This document shows, one piece after another, positions 35,481 through 47,277 of a stretch of DNA of 64,000 bases (position 1 is the first letter of the stretch; every line of letters starts with the position of its first letter). The position numbers and the translations under genes are program-made. The notes beneath the pieces are model-generated. The model did not search any database, was not told the DNA's origin, and saw only the letters and a program-made list of their open reading frames with translations. The stretch is taken from assembly GCA_907165135.1 (NCBI GenBank), contig OU015567.1, forward strand, positions 6,634,001 to 6,698,000, in the 5' to 3' direction. Origin of the DNA: Oikopleura dioica. Taxonomy: Eukaryota; Animalia; Chordata.

Positions 35481-36691
35481 CTATTCCAGTGCAAGAATGA
35501 TCTGCTTTTTCGCGAGTTCTTCGATTTCCGAGTAGGTCGCAAGAGTTTCCAGATTATCGAGCATGACTCCTTCGAATGCGGAGAGTTCCATACCAGATTT
35601 GAGGCGAACGGAGAGGATCTTTCCTTTTGAACAAGTAATGATTGAATCTTCCGTTTCCAGCGTAAATTTAGGTGTTTGGCCAAAGATCCATTTCCATCTC
35701 TTCAGCTCTTCCACTCTTTCTTGAATCTCGTCAAGCTCTTCTGGATTCACTATTTCGACGTTTTCAAAATTTTCTTCATAAGTTTTGCCCCAGTTTTTCG
35801 CCAGCGAAGTCTCCAGCGCTTGATTATCGTTGATTCCAACATCAGAAAGGGTTTTCACATCGACGCGGAGGGAGCGAGTAGCACTAGTTTCGATGTCGGA
35901 GTTGGAGGTCAGAACTTGATTTAAAATTCCAACATCGGAATCAACAAGGAGAGTGCAATGATGAAGCGCTTCCAATCTCAACAATCGCGCCGCGCTGCCG
36001 GAAATCTTCCACTTTTGATCTAAAGAACAGATTTAATTCAAAATCGAGAAGCCGCACGCGGCTTCGAGTCTTGGCTGAATAAAAGCCGCGTAGCGGCCTA
36101 TTAAAAAACGATGCAGCATAGCAATAATTATATTATTATAATTATTTCGTTGCCGAGCTCAGCTTCGAATAAAAGGAAACTTCGTGCTGCTCTTTTATAT
36201 TGCTCGAAGCCGCAAGCGGCTTCTCGATTTGCAGAACTGAATCATACCTAGAATAATATCGTCCCTATCGTTTACAAAAACATTCGTCTCGGGCATCAGG
36301 CTCTTTACAGCGTCGCAAATGATTCCCAAGTTCTTCTTTCGGCTGTATTCTTTGCGAGACGTTATGAAGGACAAGTTGATATTCCCGGATCATGATAAAC
36401 AGTTCCGCCGCCAGAAACTCTTCTCGCGATGTTTATGTGGTTTTCTTTCGCAAAGGGGACGTTTATCTCCAGCCAGGGGTTTTGGAAGCGACCGATGACC
36501 ACACTCGGCCTGTTTCTCTTTTTCTAGGGTTGAAAAGAGCGCTTGAACTTGGCCGGAAAATAGCTTTAATTCAACCCTAGCCAGAGGAACAAAATAGGAC
36601 TTTGGGTAGCTCTGAATCTCTTCTGAAACAGGAACTCTTCATATGCCAAATTTGTGTAAACGCAGTTCGAAACCGATCTTACCACCGACAT
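35481..36691 (-). CDS. LIPT1: Lipoyltransferase 1 (one apparent 1-nt frameshift near 36383)
   Basis: [64 protein letters not shown]. Confidence 0.85.
36040..36235. repeat. AAGCCGC/GCGGCTT fold-back element in LIPT1 intron (relatives about 37285-37470, 38862-38965, 40777-40905)
   Basis: AATCGAGAAGCCGC ... GCGGCTTCTCGATT inverted ends with several internal mini-hairpins. Confidence 0.75.
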
Positions 36692-37705
36692 TTTTCTAAA
36701 TCAAGTCGAATGAATTTAAATTCTTCTGAATAAAATCTTTTGAATATATTCTTTTTTAACTTAAAAACATCAAATTCGTTCGCAGCTTCTTCATCTATCA
36801 ACTCTTTCAATTTAAAATTCAACCCCAATTGTTCCGCGAAATTGAGATTTTTAGGAGCGAATGAATCAAGGAAGAATTGCGAGTCTTCGAAAAGAAAAAG
36901 AGCTCTTTCGCCGAGTTCTGAAGGATGAGAAAGGAAGTAGTCATCTTGGACAGTTTTTGAAACGCGAAAAGTTCGATCCAAAGAAAACTTTTTCAAAATA
37001 AACTTTGGATAGCCTCGGTCCATTCCGACGAAAGACTGAATCTTTGAAGGCAAAATTAAAGAAATATAAAGGGCAGAGAGGCAGAAACCAGCAGTGAATC
37101 CAGTTGCGAGCTTGAAGAAACGAGAATCAATCGGGAAAATGCGCAGAAATCGGGGGAGAATGAAACTTCCAGTGATAAGAGACGCTTCTTTTTTGTAGAA
37201 TTCCGTGATTTCTGCTCGCTCTTGAAGGGAAATTGGTATCTTTGGAGGGTTTTATTTTTCAATTGTTCGCTTCAAAAAGCTTACGAACGAGAAGCCGCTT
37301 GCGGCTTCGAGCAAAATTATTTTCAAGCCGCGCGAAATGCGGCTTTTCCGTCTTTTTCTACTCGAACTTCAAGCGGCTCCGGAATTTCTCCTATTTGAGT
37401 CCGTTAAAAGACGGCTTCGTGCGGCTTAGACATAACTTTGCTCGAAGCCGCAGCGGCTTCTCGATTATGAATTGAAATTTGTTTTCTTTTGTAACCCTTT
37501 CCAATCGAAGATCTTCTCGGACTGGAAACAACTGCACTTTCTGCTCGCTTGTTCTAGATGAAAATATAGACTGAGCATGTTTTATTGTAGCACTTACACG
37601 GCTGACTTCATGATCCGATGCTTGATGTTTGAAGAAACGGAGGGAATTGCTTCAGAGGGGAATTCTTTAGAGGCGAGTCGGCGGACATATTCATTCATTC
37701 AGCGC
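36679..37705 (-). CDS. Hypothetical protein immediately upstream of LIPT1 (possible membrane segment)
   Basis: MNEYVRRLASKEF... first exon, hydrophobic FFKLATGFTAGFCLSAL exon, 124-aa last ORF ending LEKCRW*. Confidence 0.45.
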
Positions 37706-37905
37706 TTTTTCTGAAAAGGTAAATATGATAAGAAGACGGTCATTTTAACGGAAAGCTAAAAATAAGGGTCCCTCTCAATGGATACCGTTAAAGTGGGGAC
37801 CCAACGCTATAATCCTAAGTTGAATCAAATAGAAGGTGGCCTTGTTCATCCTCTAAATTGCTGCATTTGTTGCCTTGTTAACCCTTGGGCCACGTATCCT
37901 TACTC

Positions 37906-38015
37906 AGGGCTCGCCAACTTGTGCAGGAAACCTGAGTCAGTATTTCTGATTGGAATGGTAATTTTGCGAAGCTTTCAGAATCTGACTCAGGTTTTCTACA
38001 CAGGTTGCCGAGCCC
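37906..38015. mobile_element. CTGAGTCAG-family MITE, intergenic
   Basis: GGGCTCGCCAACTTGTGCAGGAAACCTGAGTCAG ... CTGACTCAGGTTTTCTACACAGGTTGCCGAGCCC. Confidence 0.8.
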
Positions 38016-38308
38016 CGAGTAAGAATACGAGTAAGCGAGGATGGACAAGGCAAAACATGCAGCATGTTAGAGGATAAACAAGGATACGTGCATTTTACTC
38101 ATGAAAATTAATCATCAGAAACAATCAATCAAAATCAAGCAAAGCTTCAAAGAACAAAATAATTAGCTAATAAATCATAAATGATCAAAAAACAAAATAA
38201 ACAGCTGTCAAATTAAGGTTCACAAGTCGAATTGCCTCAGGAAGAAAAAAAGTGGCTGGAATCCAAGAAATCCCTTTTCTCTTTCGAAAAGGACAAATAG
38301 CTGGGCGA

Positions 38309-38370
38309 GCGCGGCGCTGATTGGCTCCCGCTCGAACAACGGAATAAATCGCTTCAAATCGACTTCAAAA
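38309..38370 (+). promoter_or_regulatory. CCAAT box plus tandem TTCAAA (CHR-like) promoter of the Emi-type gene
   Basis: GCGCGGCGCTGATTGGCTC followed by CTTCAAATCGACTTCAAAA about 45 bp upstream of the ATG. Confidence 0.5.
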
Positions 38371-38410
38371 AGACGAAGAAAAAGGAAAAGAGAGAGAAAT
38401 CACGAAAAAA

Positions 38411-39724
38411 ATGGATTTGGATGATTCGGGATTTATTTCGCCGCAGCAAAAAGAAGAAGCTTTGGAGACGAAAAATTCGAAAATCGACGAAAACAAAAAC
38501 AGCTCGTTTCTGAGTCTAACGCCAGCTAGAGATGTAAAAGTCTGTTTTCCGACGAGAAGATCAAGAAGAGCAAAAAGAAGAAGCGAAAACCTCATCGAAC
38601 CAGCTCATTTACTCGTAAGAAATCAATTTTTTGCTCACTTTGTTAAATCAAAATTTAGACAAAATCACCGAAAAAGATAGAAGGTCAACTTCAAGCGCTG
38701 AAATCGCCGACCAAGACTGAATCAAAGAAAGAATCGTTGGGAGATTTGGCGAACAAAGTTGGCAGAAATCCCGAAATCGTCAAGGTCATCCTCTCGTCCA
38801 TGTCCGTTCAGGATCAACTAAAGGTCAGAAATATGAAGTTATTCCATTTATCATTGAAAATCACGAAGCCGCTTGCGGCTTCGAAAAAAAAAAGGCAGAA
38901 AAGCCGCGTTCGCTTGACTTGAGTTTTCGTTTACTCGAGTCCGCAAGCGGCTTCATGATTTCAGTGAAAATTCGAATGACGTTTTATTAAATGATTCTAG
39001 TGCTCCTGGGTCAGCAAAACCTGGCGAAAAGAAGTAGAGCTCTCTTGCAAACCAGTCGCCAGCTACAAAATCCAACTGAAAGAAAACTTCGAATTCGCCG
39101 AAATGAACAAAGAGAACTCTCCGAATTCCTCCAGATCTTCTCGAAACTCATCCCAGAACTCGTCTCTGAATCTCGAAAACGATGGTTCTCTCAATTCCAC
39201 TCCTCCATTGCCCGAAAAGAGCCCGAAGAAAAAGGAGGAACAAGTCTTGACGCCGGTCGAAAACAATCTTCCTCGAACCAGTCCTTCCACGCCGAAGAAG
39301 CTTGCAGATACAAGTCTTTCACCAGGTTGGTCATTTGCTGATTGCTTCCTGAAATTTTATTTTCCTTTTCAGTCTCTCGAATGCTCCTGAACAAACCATC
39401 AGCAAACAAGGGGAAAGACATGACGGAGATAGAAGTTCGAGCGAAAATGGAAGACGGAGACTCCATCGTCAAATGCCCTTTCTGCTTTCATCCTTGTCGA
39501 AAAACGCCGAAAACTAAAGGAAACAGAGGTAGGCCAACTTTTCCGTCGCTCACATTACCTTCTTTCCAGGAATCTGCTACAACAGCCAATGCCTTCGCGA
39601 ATTCTGCGGCACTTGCCGAAAACAACACTCTTCGAAAGAAACCTGCTGCGTCGCCTCCAAGTCGGTCCGCCGCCTCTTCAACTCTCCGGAAGACAAGTCC
39701 AAGACTACAGTACGACGCCTTTGA
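38411..39724 (+). CDS. FBXO5/FBXO43: Emi1/Emi2 (FBXO5/FBXO43/Rca1) APC/C inhibitor
   Basis: F-box NPEIVKVILSSMSVQDQLK|CSWVSKTWR, zinc-binding region CPFCFHPC...CYNSQCLREFCGTCRKQH...C, and terminal RL tail KSKTTVRRL*. Confidence 0.85.
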
Positions 39725-40176
39725 ATTTCAATCAGAATTCGATCAATTTGAAAGAAAAAATCAAGCCCTGAAGATTCGAAAGTAGTTCACTTAAAAACAT
39801 ATTTATACTGTCATTTTTATTATTACTGTCACATTCCTGACTTCGAAAACATTTCCTGAATCAATCTTTTTAAAAAATATAATTCCAATTTTCCAAAATT
39901 GAACTTTCTTGTGTCTGTAATGAGTCATCATTTTTCGTCGATTGAGAGCGAAATCGGCAAGGCCGGGTATGTGCAATACCAAGAAAAGCACCGGTTTTGC
40001 ACAAAAACCACGTCCTTTCCGACCAGCTCGGGTACAAAATTCTTTCTGCGATATTTCTAAGAAAACAGGTTCAAGAAAAACTCCATCCTCATATTCTAGA
40101 ATCGAGGGATGTTATGTAACATTCTCGGAAAAAAGTGGCCTTGAGTTTCAGATCATCTGAATTTTGTTTCGATTTT

Positions 40177-40247
40177 GTGAGAAATCAAACCAATCAGATT
40201 TCCTCAATTGAAAATTTTGATGAATCTGATTGGCTCACATTTCTCAC
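40177..40247. repeat. Small CCAAT-containing inverted repeat
   Basis: GTGAGAAAT...CCAATCAGATT / AATCTGATTGG...ATTTCTCAC. Confidence 0.65.
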
Positions 40248-40955
40248 GAGAAATCAGAAAATTCCAGGTCGATCATTAGTTTTCTTTCCTGTAGAAAATC
40301 TCTTCTCTTTTTCTGAGAAATGAAAAAGAGAAAAGTAAGCGTCAGTAGCGTTAAAAATTGGCGATGGCAAAGTGCCAGACTCACCAAAATCGTAAATTGA
40401 AGAAACTCGCTTCTCAAATATTGAAATTGAAAAATCATCTTCTTTTTTCTCCCGTTCAAGATTAACCCCCTTTTAACGACTCTATTTTTTCCACGAAATC
40501 AAGGAAGAAAAATCCTCTTTTTTTCTCTCTCTTTGAAAAGTACTAAAAGCGAAAAAACGGAAAAGGAAGAGGAAAAAGTAGTGAGAGGCGAGAATCGAGC
40601 TCCACGCAATTTCTGCGCGACCAATTAGCTCATCAACTGAATCAGCTGAAAAGAAGCAAAATCAATTTTCACAAATTTCGACCAAAAAATACGCCCACGA
40701 GTTCCTTAATTGTCTTCCGCAAACATTACCTCAGCAACTGACTAAGAGGCTCTTGAAATTTCAAAGAAGTGAATTTGTGACAAAAATTAGCCGCGCGCGG
40801 CTTTTTGCAAATTCTTTATCAATTGATAAAGAATCAGAATTTATCGAAATTTTAAGTAATAACTTTTCGATAAATTTTGAATGTAAAAAGCCGCGCGCGG
40901 CTAATTTTCAATGATCATTGTGAATGTTGAAATTTTAATTACAGGGCTTTGCGGC

Positions 40956-42147
40956 TCAGAATAATAATTTATACAGTAAAAGTGCAAGTACGTTAGCATT
41001 GATCTTCGTTTTACTCGTAGATCCATTCATAAATCGATTGTGTTCCAAAGTGGCGTTGTAAACGATCGGTTCTGTAGAAAGCTTCTTCTGTAACAGTTCT
41101 TCTATATCTCCTCGGAAAAAGGAAAGCCTCGTGTAAACTCCTGGCTTTCCGGGAGTTCCGCAATCTCTTGGGCCGTAGGAGACAGCTCCGTAGAGAAGGA
41201 AGGCGTTTTCAGTCGTGTTGCAGTAAAGAGGACCTCCTGAGTCGCCCTGGCAGCTGTCTGATACTCGAGGACCGGATAGATCAACGGAAGGATCGTTGGA
41301 GACAAACTCGTTCCCGAGAGCGCAGATTTGAGTCCTAAAAGAATAACTTGTTCGCTGGAAGCCCCTCCAACACTCACTTGTTGTCGATGTCTTTCCATCC
41401 CTTCGAACAGGTTTCAAAGTCGACGATCTTGACCAGCGCTTGTCTGACAACGGTTGAACTCTTGCCCAGCTCCGTCATTCCCCACCCAGCGACGAAACAA
41501 GTCGCCCCAGCAGGAACTCGATCCTCGTCGGAAATGGAAATCAACGCGACTCGATCTTCAAACGGATCGAAGGGAGTTTCAAGCTCGAGCAGTGCCAAAT
41601 CGTATTGAACCTTTTCATCGTCCCAGCGTCTTTCGATGTGGATTCCCCCTCGTTTGACTTGTTTTAAAACTCCTTGGCGCTGTTCTGGATGCCCTCCCCA
41701 AACTCCTATCTGGCTGAAGTTGAAATTGATGAGTTAGTAACTGAAATAATGAACGATCTGGCTCACTAACCTCGAATCAGCCAAGCCATTATCAAAGCAA
41801 TGAGCAGCGGAGAGCACCCACCCAGGGTCAATTAAACTTCCAGCGCAAATTTCAGTTCGGCCAGACTTACGGATCGCTATAAGAATAGTCTTTGGCGGGT
41901 TCAAACTGTACTTATGAACATAGACATCAATAGATAGATGGACCCAAGCCCATGGAATCCGGAAAGGAAGATTTTGTTCTTCACCTCCATAAATTCTCGT
42001 GTAGATTTCTTCTGCTTCTTTCGTAACTGTCTTTTTTGGGGAATAAATTTGAAAAAATCAGTTGAAAAAGCAGAATTTCCTTCCTGTTCCTTCGCAGAAA
42101 ACCGCGGAAAGAAGCGATAAAATCAACAATTTACGAATTCTTCTCAT
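40956..42147 (-). CDS. Trypsin-like serine protease (S1A) with signal peptide and hydrophobic, GPI-like tail
   Basis: [68 protein letters not shown]-terminal [11 protein letters not shown]. Confidence 0.9.
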
Positions 42148-42720
42148 AATCTCTGTATCTCTGATCGAAGCTTTCAGCTTGGAATTTTTCTCCAAAACAA
42201 ACGTTTATTTTCTGTTTTTTTTTTCTCTTTCTTCTGTTCTCAAGTCCAAAACTTTTGAACCATACAAAGACCAGCTGAACGAGCGAGCGAGCGTCTCTTT
42301 TGTTCAGCAATTTAGCTAGTAGCTACTGGTTGCTCTGTTTTGAAATAAATCAGTACTTGTTTTTCTGGCTAGAGGTTTATTTTCGTGAAAAATTCGCGGG
42401 ATTAAAGTGTCGTAAAACTGAGGAGAGTGGATATTCAAGGGAACACATAAAATGAGAAGATTGATAATTTTGAGTGACTCAGACGAGGAGTAGCTTTTAT
42501 TACCTAAGAGTACAGAAAGAGAGTCTTTCTAAAGAACCACAAGTCCGGATATAGCCTATGTCTGAATTTAACGTCGGTGCATTTTTAGCAGTTCTTTATT
42601 CAAACGATATTTCGGAGAATTCCGACGTGATGCGTTCTGAATGCATAAATTCACCAAGCTATCATGATAAATGTTTCGCTGTGGGATCAGAATCGCGAAC
42701 TTGAAGATAGAGATTGAAGG

Positions 42721-45700
42721 ATGCGCGTGTTCTCAGGGAAAGGGGTTTAGTTTAATTCAACTTATCAACATTTCTAGTAAATGGCAAGTTTAACCCACTG
42801 TAGCACTCGCTGCGAGCGCCGCCTTCGCGCAGTCAGAGCAGTTCGAAGATGACTACCAAGTCAGAGGCATGATGGGAATCTCCTCCACCAAGGTCGAACA
42901 GTACTGGCCAGTCAATGGCTGCAAGAAGGACTCGCACTGCTGGCCCGCGCAGATCAGAGCTTTTGCTGGTTGGCGACAGAGTTCTGCGAGAAATCTCGCT
43001 TGCGATGGAAAGAAAGGAACCTGCAAGTGCAGATTGGGATTTATGGATGCTGATGATAATCCGATGAATGGATGTGAGAAGTCGATCTCTGAGAAAAAGG
43101 TTTGGTGGTCGTAAAGTTCTTGTTTGAAAGAAAGACCTAGTGCCCCTTTGGAAAATGCAGAGAATGGGGCAACAATGTAGGTCCTGGGGAACAATGTGGG
43201 GACTGGAAGGGACTCTTCTGCGCTCAGGATGGATTCTGCTGCGAATGCAAATGGGGTCTCAACGAAAAAGGATACTGTAACACTCAAAGTACTTAATTTA
43301 TCCAAATAATTTTTATATCTATTTCAAGAGAACTTCGAGGCTGCTAAAAGTTCTTGCGCCTGCAAACTCGAGTGCGATCTTTCCGGTGAGAACTGCGACA
43401 TCAAATGTCCAGATAGCTGCAACACCGACTGCGGTGCTGATGGCTGTCCCTATCCAAACAGATCCAAGTGCGACAATGGAACCTGTTCTTGCAAAAATTC
43501 ATTCAGTGAAATAAATAAATTCGCTACTTCTGGCAATGTCCTTGCACGTAAGTTTCTCGAATTTACTAAAAGCTTACTTCTTTCTTCTAAGATACGCTTG
43601 AGCGTTGCGCTAAATCTGGCTCTTCTTACAATTCCGCAGCTCCAGGATGTACCTGCGATCTTCAATGTACTGGAGGCGGACAAGGTCGAGAATGCGAAGT
43701 CTCTTGCTCAGAGTACTGCCCTGGTGCGGCCGTCCTCGCTGTCGATGATTATGGAACTTGCGTCTGTCAGTTTGTCGATGGCGCTATTCAATGCTCTTCC
43801 TCTTGTATCGAAGAAGAAACAACGACGACCACTACAACCACCACAACGACGACAACAACGACAACAACGACCACTGAGGATCCATACGAGAGCACCACGA
43901 CAAAATACTACACAACAACATCGCAGGTAAAGCGCTCGCTCCCCTTGTTTTGTTCGAACAAGTTATTTTCGAAAGTTGTACACAACTGAAGGCACGACCT
44001 CTACAACTTCGGACCCTTACTACACACACACGCACACTACAGGCTTAGATACTACTACAACTGATTATAAGGAAACGACCATGGGTGATTCGTACGGCGG
44101 CAATCCTTACGCACCAGAATCGACGAACGCTCCTGCTCCTGCGAGTACAACTAACGCTGATGAAACAACAACAGAGACAACAACAACGACTGGAACGACA
44201 ACAACGACAGCCACATCAACAACCGCAGAAATTGCCGCCAACAGCACTACTTCGGCAGTGGCTTCCTCGACAGCAGCTCCAATTGTTGACCCTTATGCAC
44301 CTGCAATGAATACCACGACTGGAGCTCCTGCAGCTTCGACAACAACTGTTGGAGGTAACAATCCATATGCACCTGACATGAACACGACCGCCTCTGCATC
44401 GACAAGTGCACCAGGATCAACCACGACAAAGGACCCTTATGCATCGACTACGACTGATGGCGGAGCGGGACCCGCTCCTGGCACAACAACTGGGGCAGTT
44501 TCTAGTACTACTGGTGCCGTTTCTAGCACTACTGGTGCAGCTTCAAGCACAATGGCTCCTACCACCACAACTCCTGTATGCAATTGTACTTGCGAGGTCA
44601 TCTGCAACCGATTTACAAAGATCGGTGATGTAATTGACAAAAATTGCGAAGTTGTCTGTAGTCCTGGATGCAGCGATCCGTCGTGCCCTGGTACAACAAC
44701 CACTGCTGCCATTGCTTCAACAACTACTGCGGCTGTCGCGTCTACCACTGCTGCACCTCCCGCATCTACTACTGCTGCACCCCCCGCTTCGACAACGACG
44801 GCGCCTATTAATACCAACATCTGGGGAGGATGGGGAATGCTCGCTTGTGCGGACGGTGTTTGGTGCCCAATGAGCACATCTTGCCACGATTCAGCCGCCG
44901 GAGCCGTCTGCATCTGTAACAATGCTACTGACGTTCTCCACCCATCTGGTCTATGCTGCGCTGCTGAATGCACTGGTGTGATTGGTTGCGGAGCCGGCGA
45001 CGCTACTTGTGAGTGTGACTGTGGATCAGCTGCAACTACTGAACCAGACACTACAACTGCTACAACAACAGCCACTACGACCACGACATTCACCACGACA
45101 ACATCTAGTCAAGCGGCAGTTGTTTCATCGACTACTGGAGCCTGTACTTGTACTGTAGTCTGCCGAGCAGGTCTTTTGCCAGGAGATAGTCTCGACCAAA
45201 AGTGTAATGTCGTTTGCACAGGTGATTGCGGATCTTCCGCTTCCACAACAGCCGCTCCCGCATCAACTACAGCCGCTCCTGCATCAACGTCAGCTGCTCC
45301 TGCATCAACAACTGCAGCGCCAGTCGTGACTACAACCGCTGCTCCAGTCGTAACAACGACTTCCGCTGCTGCCGCCGTGACAACTACTGCCGCGCCACCA
45401 GCTCCTCAGCCAAGTGCACCAACCACGACAGCTCCAACTTGTTCATGCGAGGTTGTATGCCCAGGCTTAGTTCGTGTAAGTGCTGGAGATACTATCGGTA
45501 AAAACTGCGAAGTTGTCTGCACTGGAGACTGCACAGAGGCAACTACAACAACTACAGCGTCTCCACTTGGTCTTATTACTCAGCCACCGACAACAACAAC
45601 AAAAACTACCACTACTACAACAACAACAACTACTACTACTACTACGACTACTACGACAACAACTACAACCACAACAACTACGACAACTACAACGACGACA

Positions 45701-47277
45701 ACAACTACCACTACTACTACGACAACAACTACGACAACAACTACAACGACGACAACGACGACAACAACAACTACTACTACCACGACGACGACGACAACTA
45801 CGACGACTACTACCACTACGACAACCACCACAACTACGACTACAACAACTACAACAACAACAACGACGACGACGACAACGACAACAACTACCACAACTAC
45901 CAGCTCCACTCCAGATGTACAAACTACGGCGAATTGCCTAGATACATGCACTGTCGAATGCAGCCGTGAATTGCCTGGATTCATCGAAGAAAGAAACTGT
46001 GCAGTTGTCTGTACCAACAATTGTTCCCGCTCTACAAAGGTCTTCCCAATTTCTTCTTCCGCAATGGACCAAGTTTGCCCGGAAAGATCTCTTCTCCAAG
46101 AAAATCTCGAATCCGGTCTCCAATGTGCTGAGCCAAATGTGGATCAATGTACAAGCGCTAACAAATGCTCCTCGTACGCTACATGCGAAGATTTGTGCGA
46201 TGTAAGTGGAGAAAGAAACTATGCTTGTCGATGCAAACCAGGGTAAATACTAATCCAATATCATCCGACTTAGACTCTGTTAATATAGATACACTGGAAA
46301 CGGCGTCATTTGCGAGCCAAAGATCTCAGAAGAGACCTGTGACTCAACTATTCTCAACCAGTTCAAGAACAACCTTCGACCTCTTCCAATTACTGACGTC
46401 TTCAAGCCAAAGGTTCTTTCAGGCCACAACTCCGTTATGATCGAGCTTCAAACTCCAATGAAAAAATTCCTCCTCGGAAGCAAGAAATACACAGGTTTCA
46501 TCGAATTCAACCGACAAAACTGTGGCGCCAAATTCATCCGGTAATCATCTTTCTGTTCTGTTTATCTATCAAAATTCTAGTGGTCTCACTCAAGGATCCG
46601 TCAATGTCAATATCTTTGATACTTACAATCAAGGCCTCCAGATGGATCGAGTTTATGATGTTCAGGGGACTAAGGTTTGACTGATGAAGAATTGAGGGAG
46701 TAAAAAATTCTATTCCTAGGGCGTTTACTTCAAGAAGGCTTTTGGAGAAAGCTCAATGGCTGTCATTCAATACACCAAGAAAATCGCAAGTCTCAAGGAT
46801 TACGCTCTTGAAAACGGTCTTTCTGTCGACCAAAATGCTTTGGAAGTTGGACAAGGTATTCATTTTTGATCAAACTTGAGTATTCATATTTTTAGTCTTC
46901 AAGAAGGGACGATTTGCTCCACTTCGAGACATTCTCTACGTCTCTATCGCTGGCGACATGGTCAACGATTCTCCAGCTGGCATGGCTGATGCTTTCGCGG
47001 TGAGTTATATTCACATTGACAGCACTTACCGTATATGTTCTTGTAGGAGTGCTTCAATCCAAAGAACATCCGACTGAGCCTCTGGAACGATAGAATCGAC
47101 AACGGCGACGATGACAGATTCAACGACGACTACAACATTCTCTCCACAGACGCGACCAAGTGTTACGTAATGAGCAGATTTGCCAAGGTCGCCGCTCAGG
47201 GCAGTCTTACCTGCTCTGAAGGTGACTTCGCCAGCGTCGTCGACAATGAAATGTCTTACTGTACAATCAGAAAGTAA
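42721..47277 (+). CDS. Large secreted mucin-like glycoprotein with Cys-rich modules, 99-Thr run, EGF domain and C-terminal globular region
   Basis: Signal MRVFS|ALAASAAFAQ; EGF-like N-terminal modules; 756-aa exon 43976-46242 rich in T/A/P; NVDQC...CRCKPG EGF; spliced C-terminus ending SYCTIRK*. Confidence 0.85.
45605..45901 (+). repeat. Coding poly-threonine tract (99 consecutive ACN codons)
   Basis: ACA/ACT/ACG/ACC mosaic, uninterrupted for 297 nt. Confidence 0.95.

Noticed and set aside
39803-40459. Possible small minus-strand gene downstream of Emi
   Set aside because: Frames could not be joined into a consistent spliced product
44437-46020. Poly-Val, poly-Cys/Arg/Ser and poly-Gln ORFs in the ORF track
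   Set aside because: Antisense and off-frame shadows of the Thr/Ala-rich mucin exon
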